A DNA stretch of 64,000 nucleotides from Acidobacteriota bacterium (lineage in GTDB: Bacteria; Acidobacteriota; UBA890; WLXD01): NCBI GenBank assembly GCA_963666055.2, contig CAXWPH010000015.1, forward strand, positions 1,408,001 through 1,472,000, in the 5' to 3' direction. Under the pieces are notes generated by a model. The model was not told where the DNA came from and did no database searches. It worked only from the letters and a program-made list of their open reading frames with translations. Positions 8,048 through 17,568 of this stretch are shown piece by piece. Made by a program: the position numbers and the translations under genes. Each line of letters opens with the position of its first letter. The first letter of the stretch is position 1.

Positions 8048-8792
8048 ATGCGTCATGCTGTGCCCCCCAAGCCGCTCGTGTTTGCAGTTTTCGCCTTGAC
8101 GCCGCTGTCGATAGCCGCCGGTCTCGCCTCGCTTTCGGGTGCGGCCGTTGCTGAACCACAGACGAGCTCCAGCCTTCGCCGGGAAGGCACGACTGTCCAC
8201 CAGCAAGCTCGCAATGCTGTGATGCCGCAGCTGTTGCGCAGCCAGCGCGCCACGGCGGGGCCGAGGACACCGGAGAACGAAACTGTCTCCACGGCCTACG
8301 GGGAAATTCGGCGATTTGACACGGTTCGTTCCAAGGACGTGAATCAGATCAGCTTCGGGCTCAAACACACCGCCGTCGGGTGGCGAGGCGGACCTGTGGA
8401 GCTGCGGCCACATCGGCAACAAGGAGCGCGACGGTGACCATTTCTCGCTCGTCGGACCCGGCTTCAAGGCGCCGGTGAAGATCACCGTTCAGTCCGTTGA
8501 CTTCATCACTGGCCAGGTCACCACGGTCGACGAAACCAAGGTCAAGGCCGACAAGAAGACTGGGCTGTGGTTCTACAAGTGGTCAGGCGACCTTCCCCCC
8601 GGCACAGAATCCTTCCTGGTCATCTCCGCCAAGCCCATGGGCGGACGCATGCTCGACGCTGGCACCCATTTCAGCAGCGCCGCCATCGTCCACAAGCCGA
8701 TCGACGACTGGCTCGCCGACTCTTCCGTTTCCATGCCGCTGTTACTGCAGACAGTGGCACGTGCGCTGAACGGCCCAGGGGTCGGGCGTTGA
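8048..8792 (+). pseudogene. Secreted hypothetical protein, apparently split by a frameshift between 8343 and 8437
   Basis: GAGGAG RBS and signal peptide in ORF 8048-8437; the frame of ORF 8475-8792 is open back to 8343 with protein-like sequence. Confidence 0.5.
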
Positions 8793-8943
8793 GCACCGCT
8801 GCCGGGCATCATCAGCGCTGGGTACGAATCGTCAGGTCCACCCAGTAGTCGTCCGTTGCACCGAGGGCGTGCCGTTCTTGACGAAGGAGCACGGCGCCTG
8901 GAAGCGGGGACGAGGTCGCCAGTGGCGTACCAGCCGCGGTGGA

Positions 8944-9309
8944 TCAACGCCGGTGCGGGCCGGTGAGCTGTTCGTAGGCTTCCTGAACCTCTTTGAACTT
9001 CTCGGCGGTCAGCTCCACCAGCTCCGGTCCGAGGTGTGTGACGCGGTCTGGATGGTACTTGCTGGCAAGATTGAGGTAGGAGGCACGGACCTCATCGTCG
9101 TCGGCGCTCGGGTCCAACGCGAGGATCTTCAACGCCTTGCTGCGCTCACCTCGTTGCCTCGGGCGTGCGCTCCGATGGCCGGCGCCCTGTTGGCCTGGGG
9201 GCGAGAAAGGACCATCGCCGGCGCGCCGCGAGCCGAACCCGAAGATTCGGTCGAGGATCCGGAAGAACATCCAGACGAAGACGAGCGAGATGATTGCTCG
9301 TAAGAACAT
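8944..9309 (-). CDS. Membrane-anchored J-domain (DnaJ/DjlA-like) protein
   Basis: N-terminal TM; C-terminal J-domain ALKILAL...VRASYLNLASKYHPD...KFKEVQEAYEQL. Confidence 0.85.
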   Translation of the reverse strand: MFLRAIISLVFVWMFFRILDRIFGFGSRRAGDGPFSPPGQQGAGHRSARPRQRGERSKALKILALDPSADDDEVRASYLNLASKYHPDRVTHLGPELVELTAEKFKEVQEAYEQLTGPHRR

Positions 9310-9376
9310 CGGTCAACAATATCCTTGCTTGAAACTAGCCGTTCGCATCAGTAGCAAGAGGCGAATGGTCATCGGC

Positions 9377-11053
9377 TCAACGGTTGATCTCGTAAGCGTG
9401 CCCGGTCAGTTGCCAGCGCACCATCGACACCGGGATCACCCCCACCGCGGCGAACTCGTCCATGAAGCCTCTTAGCGAGAATTCGTCGCCGCGCTGGATT
9501 GCACGCTCTGCCAGGAGCCGCTCGATCTCGATCTTGCCGATCAAGTAGCTGGTGCCGTAGCCGGGTTGCGTGAGGTAGAAGTGCTCCTCGCCCTGGATCG
9601 TATCGCCGTCGGCCGGTAGCCAGCCACGCGGCACCCACTCAGAGGCGAAGTCGCAGGCCTCCTGATGGGTCCATTCCTGCCCGTGCTGCATCAGGCCGCC
9701 GAGGGCCCGGGCGGCGCGTTGGGCCAGCAAGATCCAGATCAGCTCACGGGCACGAGGCTTATCGTCGAAGGCGCCGGCGTGCATCATCATTTCCTCGACG
9801 CCCGTGGCCATTCCCTCCGAACGTCCGTCGTAGATGTTGAACAGCGACGGGACGCGTCGAATCGGGCTCTCGTGCGGCTCCTCTCGCATCCTCGCCAGGT
9901 CGAACCAATGGTAGCCGTGCGTGCGCATGACCTCACCGTTTCGATATTCCACCTCAGAGAAGAAGCCGCGCAGGCCATCCGGCCTCGTGGGCGGCGCGAA
10001 TCTGCCGATCCGCTCGCGCAGCGCGCCATCCATGTAGTCACGGATCGTCAGGATCTCCTCCTCTTGAAGGAAATCCATGTATTCGGTGACCGCCGCGTTG
10101 AGCGCGGCGTCGTATTCCTCGGCGTTCTGCATACGCGTCAGCTGTGGCAGGTGGCGATTGCGGTTCTCCACCAGTCGCAGGCTGGCGTGGGCGCGCCACA
10201 GCTCGCGCCGCATCAGCGTCACTTCTTCTTCCCAGGTATACGGAACGAGGTGCACGTTGTTCAGGTACCAGGTGTAGTGGTCTTTGCCGACACCCGATAT
10301 TCCAGTTTTCGACGGAAGCTCCCCCTCGAGCCACTGAGCGAAGCGATCGGTCGCGGCAATCGCGCCCAGCACCGTCGTGTCGAGCGCCGCGCTGGTGCCA
10401 GCCACGTCTTGTCCGAAGCTCGCCAGATCGCCACTCTGGCCGCGCACCGAGCGGATGCCCAGACGCCACAGGTCGTGGCCCGCACCCACGAGGTTGCCGC
10501 GCGCCTGTTCCAGCAGGGGCGGGATCACGCGGATTCGCTCGGTGAGCTCGGCGGCGGCGGATGCCGAAAGCGGATACTCGTAGGTCCAGGTGTCGATCCA
10601 GCCGTGGATAACCGGCCCCTCGTGCGCCGGCACGTCGGACTCCTCCGGGAAGAGCATCACGTAAAACGCCGGGTTGTTGGCCCACGGTCGGCGCACCCGG
10701 TGGTCGAAGTCGAGGCCGTTCAGCTCCGCCTTCACCAGTCGCCAGTCGATCTGTTGCTCGACCGGCCAGCCGGCGGGCTCGATGGCGTCGAGGCGCTCGT
10801 GGTAGGCGCGCAGCTCGCTCTGCTGCTCGGCCATGGCTGCCGCCGTGTAGTCGGGAACACCGTCGTCGAGCCGCGGCGCCGCGAACTGTCTCCACTCTTC
10901 AAACAGCGTCAGCAGGGCTCCGTAGTCGTCCTGGGCGCCGGCCGCGGCCGGCATGGCTGCACCGGCCGCCGGCATGGCTGCGCCGAGCACGAGCGTGCCG
11001 ATGAGGACGGCGGGCGCGAAACCCGCACGCGCAGAACGGAGCTCAGCTCTCAC
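9377..11053 (-). CDS. DUF885-like exported protein
   Basis: EQQIDWRLV, RPWANNPAFY, SEGMAT, PGYGTSYLIGK and FSLRGFMDEF motifs; GTG 11053 with GGAGG RBS; signal peptide. Confidence 0.8.
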   Translation of the reverse strand: MRAELRSARAGFAPAVLIGTLVLGAAMPAAGAAMPAAAGAQDDYGALLTLFEEWRQFAAPRLDDGVPDYTAAAMAEQQSELRAYHERLDAIEPAGWPVEQQIDWRLVKAELNGLDFDHRVRRPWANNPAFYVMLFPEESDVPAHEGPVIHGWIDTWTYEYPLSASAAAELTERIRVIPPLLEQARGNLVGAGHDLWRLGIRSVRGQSGDLASFGQDVAGTSAALDTTVLGAIAATDRFAQWLEGELPSKTGISGVGKDHYTWYLNNVHLVPYTWEEEVTLMRRELWRAHASLRLVENRNRHLPQLTRMQNAEEYDAALNAAVTEYMDFLQEEEILTIRDYMDGALRERIGRFAPPTRPDGLRGFFSEVEYRNGEVMRTHGYHWFDLARMREEPHESPIRRVPSLFNIYDGRSEGMATGVEEMMMHAGAFDDKPRARELIWILLAQRAARALGGLMQHGQEWTHQEACDFASEWVPRGWLPADGDTIQGEEHFYLTQPGYGTSYLIGKIEIERLLAERAIQRGDEFSLRGFMDEFAAVGVIPVSMVRWQLTGHAYEINR

Positions 11054-11103
11054 GGTTGCCTCCAGGATCGTGTCTCGGATCGCTCGCAACGGAGCTGTGT
11101 GTC

Positions 11104-12738
11104 TCATCGAGAAGATTCCGGCCATAGCTCGTTGATCTCGTCGTCATGCCCGGTCATCTCCCAGCGGATCAGCGACATGGGGATCACCCCTGCGGCATAG
11201 AACTCGTCCATGAACTGTTTGACGGTGAAGTCGTCGCCCAAGTGTTGCGCTCGGTCGCGTAACAGCTTCATGAAGTGGACCTTGCCGACCACCATTTGCG
11301 CATGCCAGCCGACATGCACCAGGGTAGTCTGCATCTCACCCCACAAATGAGGGCTGTCATCGAGCAATTCTCCGTGCGGCGCATTCGCCACGGCATACTC
11401 CATCGCCTCCGTCAGGCTCCAATCCCGACTGTGCATATACACGTCTGCGAGCGCCCGGACGGTGCGAAACGCCGCCTGCTCGTAGGCGACTTCTCGTGCT
11501 CTGCGCGGCCGCTCGTCGAGATAGCCTGCGTGCATGAGTAGCTCCTCGAAGGCGAACGCCAGTCCCTCCAGACGGGCGACCGCCATGTCATAGGGCCCCT
11601 CGTGCTCTCTGGCGCCCCGAATAGGCCGGTCGTCGTGTCCGGCTCTGAGCAAGTCGAAGTGGTGCCCCACCATCTCGTGGGTCTCTTCCATGAGCGATTC
11701 GCGGTGCGAAAAATTGAAGAAGTAGTCGTGCCTTTCGGGCCATGGGCGGCGGGTGGCTCGCAATCGACCCTGCCGATAATCGTCCACCACGATGTAATCC
11801 TGAACCGTGAAGATCTCGTCGTCGCGGATGAAGCTCATGACACGTTCGAGGGAGCTCAGGACGCTGCGGCGACGCTCCTCCTGCGACGCCACGGGGGTGA
11901 GCGGCGGAAGATTGCGATTGCGGTTTTCCTCGAGCTTCTGGAACGTGATGACGCGATTGTCCTCAAGCTCCACGATTGTCCGAATCTCATCCCAGGTATA
12001 GGGAAACAGATAGACGTTCTTCATCATCCAGTTGTAGTTTTCGATTCCGAGCCCGGCTGAGGCGGTCATCTCGCTCCGGTTTTCCTCGAGCCAGCCGAGG
12101 TAGCCGTCGATGGCGGCCCTAGCTGCCTGGGCATCGGGTAGGAGATCGGGATGGTATTCGCCTAGCTGGACGATGAATTCCGCCAAGCGATCATCGCCTT
12201 GCTCGAGCTCATGAATCGCGAGGATCGCCAGGTCACCGGGTATTCGGGATAGGTCGCCGCCACCGAGATTGCCTTTCGCCTGCTCGTAGTATTCCGGGAC
12301 TGCCCGCAGCCTCGATTGAAACTCGGCAATGCGCTCACCCTCGATAGGCAGGCCGGGGAGCCTACCCAGGCCGCCCCTGCCGCCGGCGTAGAAAGCGGGA
12401 TCACGCACCCATGGACGCAGAACCCGAAGCTCGAACTCGAGCCCGTTCATCTCGGCACGGACCAGGTGGTAGTCGACCTGATCGGCAACCGACCAGCTGC
12501 CTATGTCGATCGCCGCCAGGCGACGCTGAAAATCCTCTAGGTTGGCAAACCGGGTCTCCATGGCCGAACCGTAGCCGGATAGATCACCGCGGTACTCGTT
12601 CTGCGAGAAGCTGCGAAACTCCTCGAAGAGGCCTGAGAGATCTGCGTAACCAGCACCCTCTTGCCCGGAGACGTCGGAGTTGAGCCCGGCGAGGAGGAAG
12701 GACAGAAGAACAACTCCGGGAACCGATACGCGTTTCAT
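11104..12738 (-). CDS. DUF885-like exported protein (paralog of the adjacent gene)
   Basis: DQVDYHLVRAEMNGLEF, RPWVRDPAFY, HEMVGHH, LEGLAF and FTVKQFMDEF motifs; ATG 12738 with GGAGG RBS. Confidence 0.8.
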   Translation of the reverse strand: MKRVSVPGVVLLSFLLAGLNSDVSGQEGAGYADLSGLFEEFRSFSQNEYRGDLSGYGSAMETRFANLEDFQRRLAAIDIGSWSVADQVDYHLVRAEMNGLEFELRVLRPWVRDPAFYAGGRGGLGRLPGLPIEGERIAEFQSRLRAVPEYYEQAKGNLGGGDLSRIPGDLAILAIHELEQGDDRLAEFIVQLGEYHPDLLPDAQAARAAIDGYLGWLEENRSEMTASAGLGIENYNWMMKNVYLFPYTWDEIRTIVELEDNRVITFQKLEENRNRNLPPLTPVASQEERRRSVLSSLERVMSFIRDDEIFTVQDYIVVDDYRQGRLRATRRPWPERHDYFFNFSHRESLMEETHEMVGHHFDLLRAGHDDRPIRGAREHEGPYDMAVARLEGLAFAFEELLMHAGYLDERPRRAREVAYEQAAFRTVRALADVYMHSRDWSLTEAMEYAVANAPHGELLDDSPHLWGEMQTTLVHVGWHAQMVVGKVHFMKLLRDRAQHLGDDFTVKQFMDEFYAAGVIPMSLIRWEMTGHDDEINELWPESSR

Positions 12739-12761
12739 AACCACCTCCAGCGCCTTTCGAT

Positions 12762-12871
12762 GACCGCCTCGGTGCCGGCGGGATTGCGAGACAGTGTATC
12801 GAGCCAAGGACACCAGGCTGAGGCGCGAGGTGGCGCTCGAGCTGAAGCGCCTCGTGCCGGCGGACCCTTAA
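12762..12871 (+). pseudogene. Remnant of a Hanks-type Ser/Thr protein kinase N-terminus
   Basis: DRLGAGG(I)/frameshift/VYRAKDTRLRREVALELK resembles kinase subdomains I-II (LGxGGMGEVYRAxDxxLxRxVALK). Confidence 0.65.
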
Positions 12872-12969
12872 CGAATGGCGCCAGTCGGCGGGGCTGTTAG
12901 TTTCTTTCTGTTGACAACCTGGTTCGCAATAGGGACGCTCCCGCTTGTACACAACGAGGGAGGTTGCCG

Positions 12970-13371
12970 ATGAAGAAGCTCGTTCCCGCTTGGCTCGCCG
13001 CAACGATCACGGCGTTTGCCCTGTCTCTCGTCTGGCACTTGCTGCTGATGGCAGATTTCTACGCCGACCATGCTCAGGCCGTGGCCAGGGCAGAGCCCGA
13101 CTTCAGATTCATCATCTTGGGCTACATCGTCCTCGGCCTTCTCATGGCGATCGCCTACCCAATTGGCTACAAGGGCGGGTCTCCGATCGCCGAGGGGTTT
13201 CGCTTCGGTGCCCTCTTCGGCCTCATTTGGATCCTGCCCTGGTCCTTGATCATCGTCGGGATCTGGAACGTGTCGTTTGCGGGAGTCGCAGTCGACGCTG
13301 TCTGGCACGTCGTCGAAGAGGGAATCGCCGGGATCGCCGTTGCATACGCCTACGGGAAGTCAGGATCCTGA
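12970..13371 (+). CDS. Small 4-TM membrane protein (DUF1761-like)
   Basis: Four hydrophobic segments; GGAGG RBS; EGFRFGALFG motif. Confidence 0.7.
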   Translation: MKKLVPAWLAATITAFALSLVWHLLLMADFYADHAQAVARAEPDFRFIILGYIVLGLLMAIAYPIGYKGGSPIAEGFRFGALFGLIWILPWSLIIVGIWNVSFAGVAVDAVWHVVEEGIAGIAVAYAYGKSGS

Positions 13372-13443
13372 GATCCGGCTGGCCGATAGCCTAACGAGCG
13401 GACGTGAGCCGGAACACCACGGCCAGCTAGCCTAGGAGGAGCC

Positions 13444-16400
13444 ATGCGTCGCCCAGTTGCCGGTGGCCGAGGGGTGGCTCGAAGCGTCGCGATACCGGCT
13501 CTGATCCTTCTTGCGTCGCTGTCCTTCGCCGCCGACAGCGACTGGGATGTGACCGATACAGGACAGCCCTATATCGACGCTGAATTCACCGTCACGGAGG
13601 GCACATGGATGAGCGTCGACGTCCATCCCGACGGCGGGAGGATTCTGTTCGACCTGCTGGGTGATATCTACAGCATCCCTGAGGCAGGCGGTGAGGCGAC
13701 GCTGTTGCATGGTGGGCCCGCCATGCAGATCATGCCGAGCTTCAGCCCGGATGGCGGCAAGATTCTCTACCTGAGCGATGCAAGTGGTAGCGACAATATC
13801 TGGGTGTCCGATGCAGATGGCTCCGCGGCGCGCCAAATCACCAACGAGACCATCGACGTGCTCGCCGGGCCCGCCTGGGATCCTGGCGGCGAATATGTTG
13901 CTGCCGCGAAGCGATATGGGGCATTTCCGATGGTACGAGCATCGGAAATACGACTGTTTCATCTCGATGGCGGCAGCGGGCGGCTACTGGTCGAGACCCC
14001 GGCGAACCAGAGAGATGTGCACGAGGCCGAGTTCTCGAGTGACGGGCGTTTCTTTTACTACACCGAGCGGGTCGGAAGCCCGAGTATTTTCGTCGATGCG
14101 AATCACGCGGGCTTCGCGATAAAGCGTAGAAATCTAGCCAGCGGGGCGACGGAGGAGATTCTGCGTGGCCTTGGTGGAGCAACGACTCCGCAGGTGTCGC
14201 CGGACGGCACGCGAGTGGCGTTCATTCGGCGAGTCAAAGCGAAGACCGTGCTGTTCGAGCTCGATACAGAGACCCGGCAGCAGCGACCGATCTACGATGA
14301 TCTCGACCGCGACGCCCGCGCCGACTTCATGCAGCAGAGTGCGTACTATCCGCAATTCGACTGGTTTCCCGACGGCCGTCATGTAGCGATCTGGGGCAAG
14401 GGCAAGCTTCTGAAGATCAACATGGATACGGCGGCAACCGAGGAGATTCCGTTCCGCGTTACCGCCCGCCACCGTATTACCAAGACGGCTCGCTTCGAGA
14501 TCGAGCTGGCGCCGGAGCAGACCATCGTGCGGGCAGTTCGTCACCTGGCGCCGGCGCCAGATGGCAGCGCCATTGTGTTCAATGCCCTGGGACACTTGTG
14601 GCAACAGACGCTGCCTGAAGGAAAGCCGAGTCGGCTGACCGATACCGCCGCGTTCGAGGCGGAACCGGTCTATTCGCCGGATGGCGGCTCGATTGCTTAC
14701 GTCGAGTGGGACGACGAGCGCGGCAGCTCGCTGAAGGTGATTGCCTCTGGCGGCGGGAGCCCCAGGACCGTCGAAAGCAGCAGCGGCGTGATCCGGCAGC
14801 CGGCATTTTCGCCGCATGGGGAGCGACTCGTCTATCGAGTCGAGGCTGCCACCAAGCATATGGGCGGCTATCGCGCCAAACCCGGGATCTATTGGGTCTC
14901 CGTTGCCGACGGCGAGAGCCATTTCGTTGCCGAACGGGGCTTCGCGCCGACCTTCTCGCCGGACGGCCAGCGCATCTTCTATTCCTATATCAGCTCTGAC
15001 GGCGCCGGCGGCTTCTACTCCACGGCGACTCGTGTGGGCAAGTTGGAGAGCAGCAACCTGGACGGTTTCGATGTGCGCCAACATGCCTTCGGCACAGACG
15101 TTCTGGAGCTCACGTTGAGCCCGGATCTGGCTTGGCTCGCCTTCAGCTACCACAAGCAGTACTACGTGATTCCCTATCGGGAAACGGGCGTTCCTCTGGA
15201 GGTCAGTATGCACAGCAACGCCATGCCGGTAGCAACGCTGACCGAGTACGGCGGCTACGACCTCGTCTGGAGCGCCGACTCACAGACCGTTCAATGGACG
15301 CTGGGATCGTCCTTGTATCGTGCTTCGGTTGCCGAGCAGTTCGCGGCCCCAGCGGCACCGGCCGCGTCAATCGACCTGGTCGTACCGACCGATGTGCCGG
15401 AAGGTGTGCTGGCCTTCACCAACGCCCGCCTCATAACGATGAACGGCGACGAGGTTATCGAGGACGGCACCGTTGTCGTCGAGGGGAATCGCCTCCGGGC
15501 GATCGGCGACAGCGATGAGATCGCGATCCCCGAAGGGGCGACGGTCATCGATGCGAGCGGCAAGACAATCATGCCGGGCCTGGTCGACATGCACGGCCAT
15601 ATCGATTGCTGCTATGCGCCCGCCGATCTCATGCCGCAGAAGCAACCGCGCCGCTATGCGGCGCTCGCCTACGGCGTGACGACCAACTTCGATCCGTATT
15701 CGACCGACATGCCTGCCTACGCCATTCACGAAACGAACTTGGCGGGCATTACGGTCGGGCCGCGAGCGGTTAACGTGGGAAGCGTCGTATACGGGCGCTC
15801 ACAGAAACCCGACTTCGTGTACGCACCCATCAACGGCTTTGCCGATGCGCAGGCAGTCATGGTTCGCAAGACTGCTCTAGGGGGCGTGATCGTCAAGAGC
15901 TATAAGCAGCCGATGCGCAGCCAGCGTCAGCAGCTTGTCAAAGCCGGCCGCGACGCCGGGATCATGGTCGACGTCGAAGGCGAAAGCCACTTCTACAACA
16001 ACGTGTCGATGGTGCTGGACGGTCATGTTGCTGTGGAGCACAACTTTCCGGTCGCCAACTACTACGACGATCTTGTCCAGCTGTTCGCCCATAGCGAGGT
16101 TGCCCACACGCCGACCCTGGTCGTTGCCTTTGGCGAGCTGTTTGGCGAGAACTTCATCTATCAGACCGAGCGCGTGTGGGATGACCCCAAGGCAAGGACG
16201 TACGTCCAGAGGGTAACCGCGGGTTACAGCCCCATAGCCACTCCCGCCGGGGCCCCGCCTCATGTCCGGGGAATGACCACCATTCACGTGGCGGACGAGC
16301 TCTGGGACATCGGTTTCAGGGCGGTGTCCCGCTCGATGAAGAAGCTCGATGATGCCGGCGTGTTGATCAACGCGGGCTCGCATGGGCAGACCGCCGGATT

Positions 16401-16737
16401 GGCGCTGCACTGGGAAATGTGGCTGCTGGCGCAGGGCGGGATGTCCAATCACCGTGTGCTGCGCGCCGCGACGCTCAACGGGGCGATGACAATCGGTCTG
16501 GACAAGCAGATAGGCAGTCTCGAGGAAGGGAAGCTAGCTGATCTGATCGTGCTTGACGAAAACCCGCTGGAAGACATCGAGCACACCAACACGGTTCGGT
16601 ATTCGATGGTCAATGGCCGCCTTTACGACTCGCTCAGCATGAACGAGATCGGCAACTACGATCGGCCCCGCAGCAAGTTTTACTGGGAGCTCGAAGACGA
16701 CAACGGTATCGACTGGAACGAAGCCTGGGCGCAATAG
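13444..16737 (+). CDS. Exported TolB-like (PD40/WD40) propeller fused to an amidohydrolase domain
   Basis: EGTWMSVDVHPDG and repeated PxFSPDG; C-terminal IMPGLVDMHGH, AGSHGQ and GSLEEGKLADLIVL; AGGAGG RBS. Confidence 0.88.
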   Translation: MRRPVAGGRGVARSVAIPALILLASLSFAADSDWDVTDTGQPYIDAEFTVTEGTWMSVDVHPDGGRILFDLLGDIYSIPEAGGEATLLHGGPAMQIMPSFSPDGGKILYLSDASGSDNIWVSDADGSAARQITNETIDVLAGPAWDPGGEYVAAAKRYGAFPMVRASEIRLFHLDGGSGRLLVETPANQRDVHEAEFSSDGRFFYYTERVGSPSIFVDANHAGFAIKRRNLASGATEEILRGLGGATTPQVSPDGTRVAFIRRVKAKTVLFELDTETRQQRPIYDDLDRDARADFMQQSAYYPQFDWFPDGRHVAIWGKGKLLKINMDTAATEEIPFRVTARHRITKTARFEIELAPEQTIVRAVRHLAPAPDGSAIVFNALGHLWQQTLPEGKPSRLTDTAAFEAEPVYSPDGGSIAYVEWDDERGSSLKVIASGGGSPRTVESSSGVIRQPAFSPHGERLVYRVEAATKHMGGYRAKPGIYWVSVADGESHFVAERGFAPTFSPDGQRIFYSYISSDGAGGFYSTATRVGKLESSNLDGFDVRQHAFGTDVLELTLSPDLAWLAFSYHKQYYVIPYRETGVPLEVSMHSNAMPVATLTEYGGYDLVWSADSQTVQWTLGSSLYRASVAEQFAAPAAPAASIDLVVPTDVPEGVLAFTNARLITMNGDEVIEDGTVVVEGNRLRAIGDSDEIAIPEGATVIDASGKTIMPGLVDMHGHIDCCYAPADLMPQKQPRRYAALAYGVTTNFDPYSTDMPAYAIHETNLAGITVGPRAVNVGSVVYGRSQKPDFVYAPINGFADAQAVMVRKTALGGVIVKSYKQPMRSQRQQLVKAGRDAGIMVDVEGESHFYNNVSMVLDGHVAVEHNFPVANYYDDLVQLFAHSEVAHTPTLVVAFGELFGENFIYQTERVWDDPKARTYVQRVTAGYSPIATPAGAPPHVRGMTTIHVADELWDIGFRAVSRSMKKLDDAGVLINAGSHGQTAGLALHWEMWLLAQGGMSNHRVLRAATLNGAMTIGLDKQIGSLEEGKLADLIVLDENPLEDIEHTNTVRYSMVNGRLYDSLSMNEIGNYDRPRSKFYWELEDDNGIDWNEAWAQ

Positions 16738-16760
16738 AGCACGGAGGAGGGATCGGAGAG

Positions 16761-17537
16761 ATGGGTGTCATCGGAACGGTGGACAGCCTCTGGCGCTATC
16801 CAGTGAAGAGCATGCGAGGCGAGGAGCTGCACCAGGCGTTCATAGGGTTTTCCGGGGTCTACGGCGATCGTCTGTTCGCCTTTCGCAGCTCCGCTGGCGT
16901 CCCGGGCTTCCCCTACCTGACGGGTCGAGAGCTCGGAGAGATGCTCCGCTATCGTCCACGTTTCCGTCACCCGGACAAGGCGGTGTGCCCGCCGAATCTG
17001 GCCGAAGCTGAGAGCATCGCGCCCGGCCTGAGCCCCGTCTTCCCCAGCCCGGCGGAACTGATGGTCGATGTCGAGGCTCCCTCGGGAGACCTGTTCGCCA
17101 TTGACCAGTCCGAGCTATTGGACATGCTCGGCAACGACACACGTACGCTGACGTTGCTTCGATCGGAGCGGGCGATGACGGACTGTCGTCCGGTATCGCT
17201 CTTCGGTCTGCAGACCGTAGGCCAGCTCGGCGAGGAGATCGGCTCAGCCGTCGACAAGCGATGCTTTCGAGCCAATATCTACGTCGATTTCGAAGGTGCC
17301 CAGGGATTCTCTGAAGACGCGCTTGTCGGCCAGTCGCTGCAAATCGGATCCAAGACCGTGATCTCGATTCTGGAGCGCGATCCGCGCTGCAAGATGATCA
17401 GTCTGGATCCCGACACCGGCGAGTCGAATCCGGAGATCCTACGAAAGGTCGCCCGCTCGCACGATGGCATGGCCGGAGTCTATGGGGCGGTGCTCGTTGA
17501 AGGCATGATCCAGAAGGGCGATGTAGTTGTCACCTGA
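16761..17537 (+). CDS. MOSC domain-containing (molybdenum cofactor) protein
   Basis: LWRYPVKSMRGE, GDRLFA, RCFRANIYVD, RCKMI and GVYGAVLVEGMI motifs. Confidence 0.88.
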   Translation: MGVIGTVDSLWRYPVKSMRGEELHQAFIGFSGVYGDRLFAFRSSAGVPGFPYLTGRELGEMLRYRPRFRHPDKAVCPPNLAEAESIAPGLSPVFPSPAELMVDVEAPSGDLFAIDQSELLDMLGNDTRTLTLLRSERAMTDCRPVSLFGLQTVGQLGEEIGSAVDKRCFRANIYVDFEGAQGFSEDALVGQSLQIGSKTVISILERDPRCKMISLDPDTGESNPEILRKVARSHDGMAGVYGAVLVEGMIQKGDVVVT

Positions 17538-17568
17538 TCGCTCTGCCACCGATCCTGAGGAGACATCT

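Noticed and set aside
10947-10984. 21-bp tandem duplication (GAAMPAA x2) in a DUF885 signal region
   Set aside because: Only two copies, in frame, in a low-complexity leader; an ordinary slippage event.
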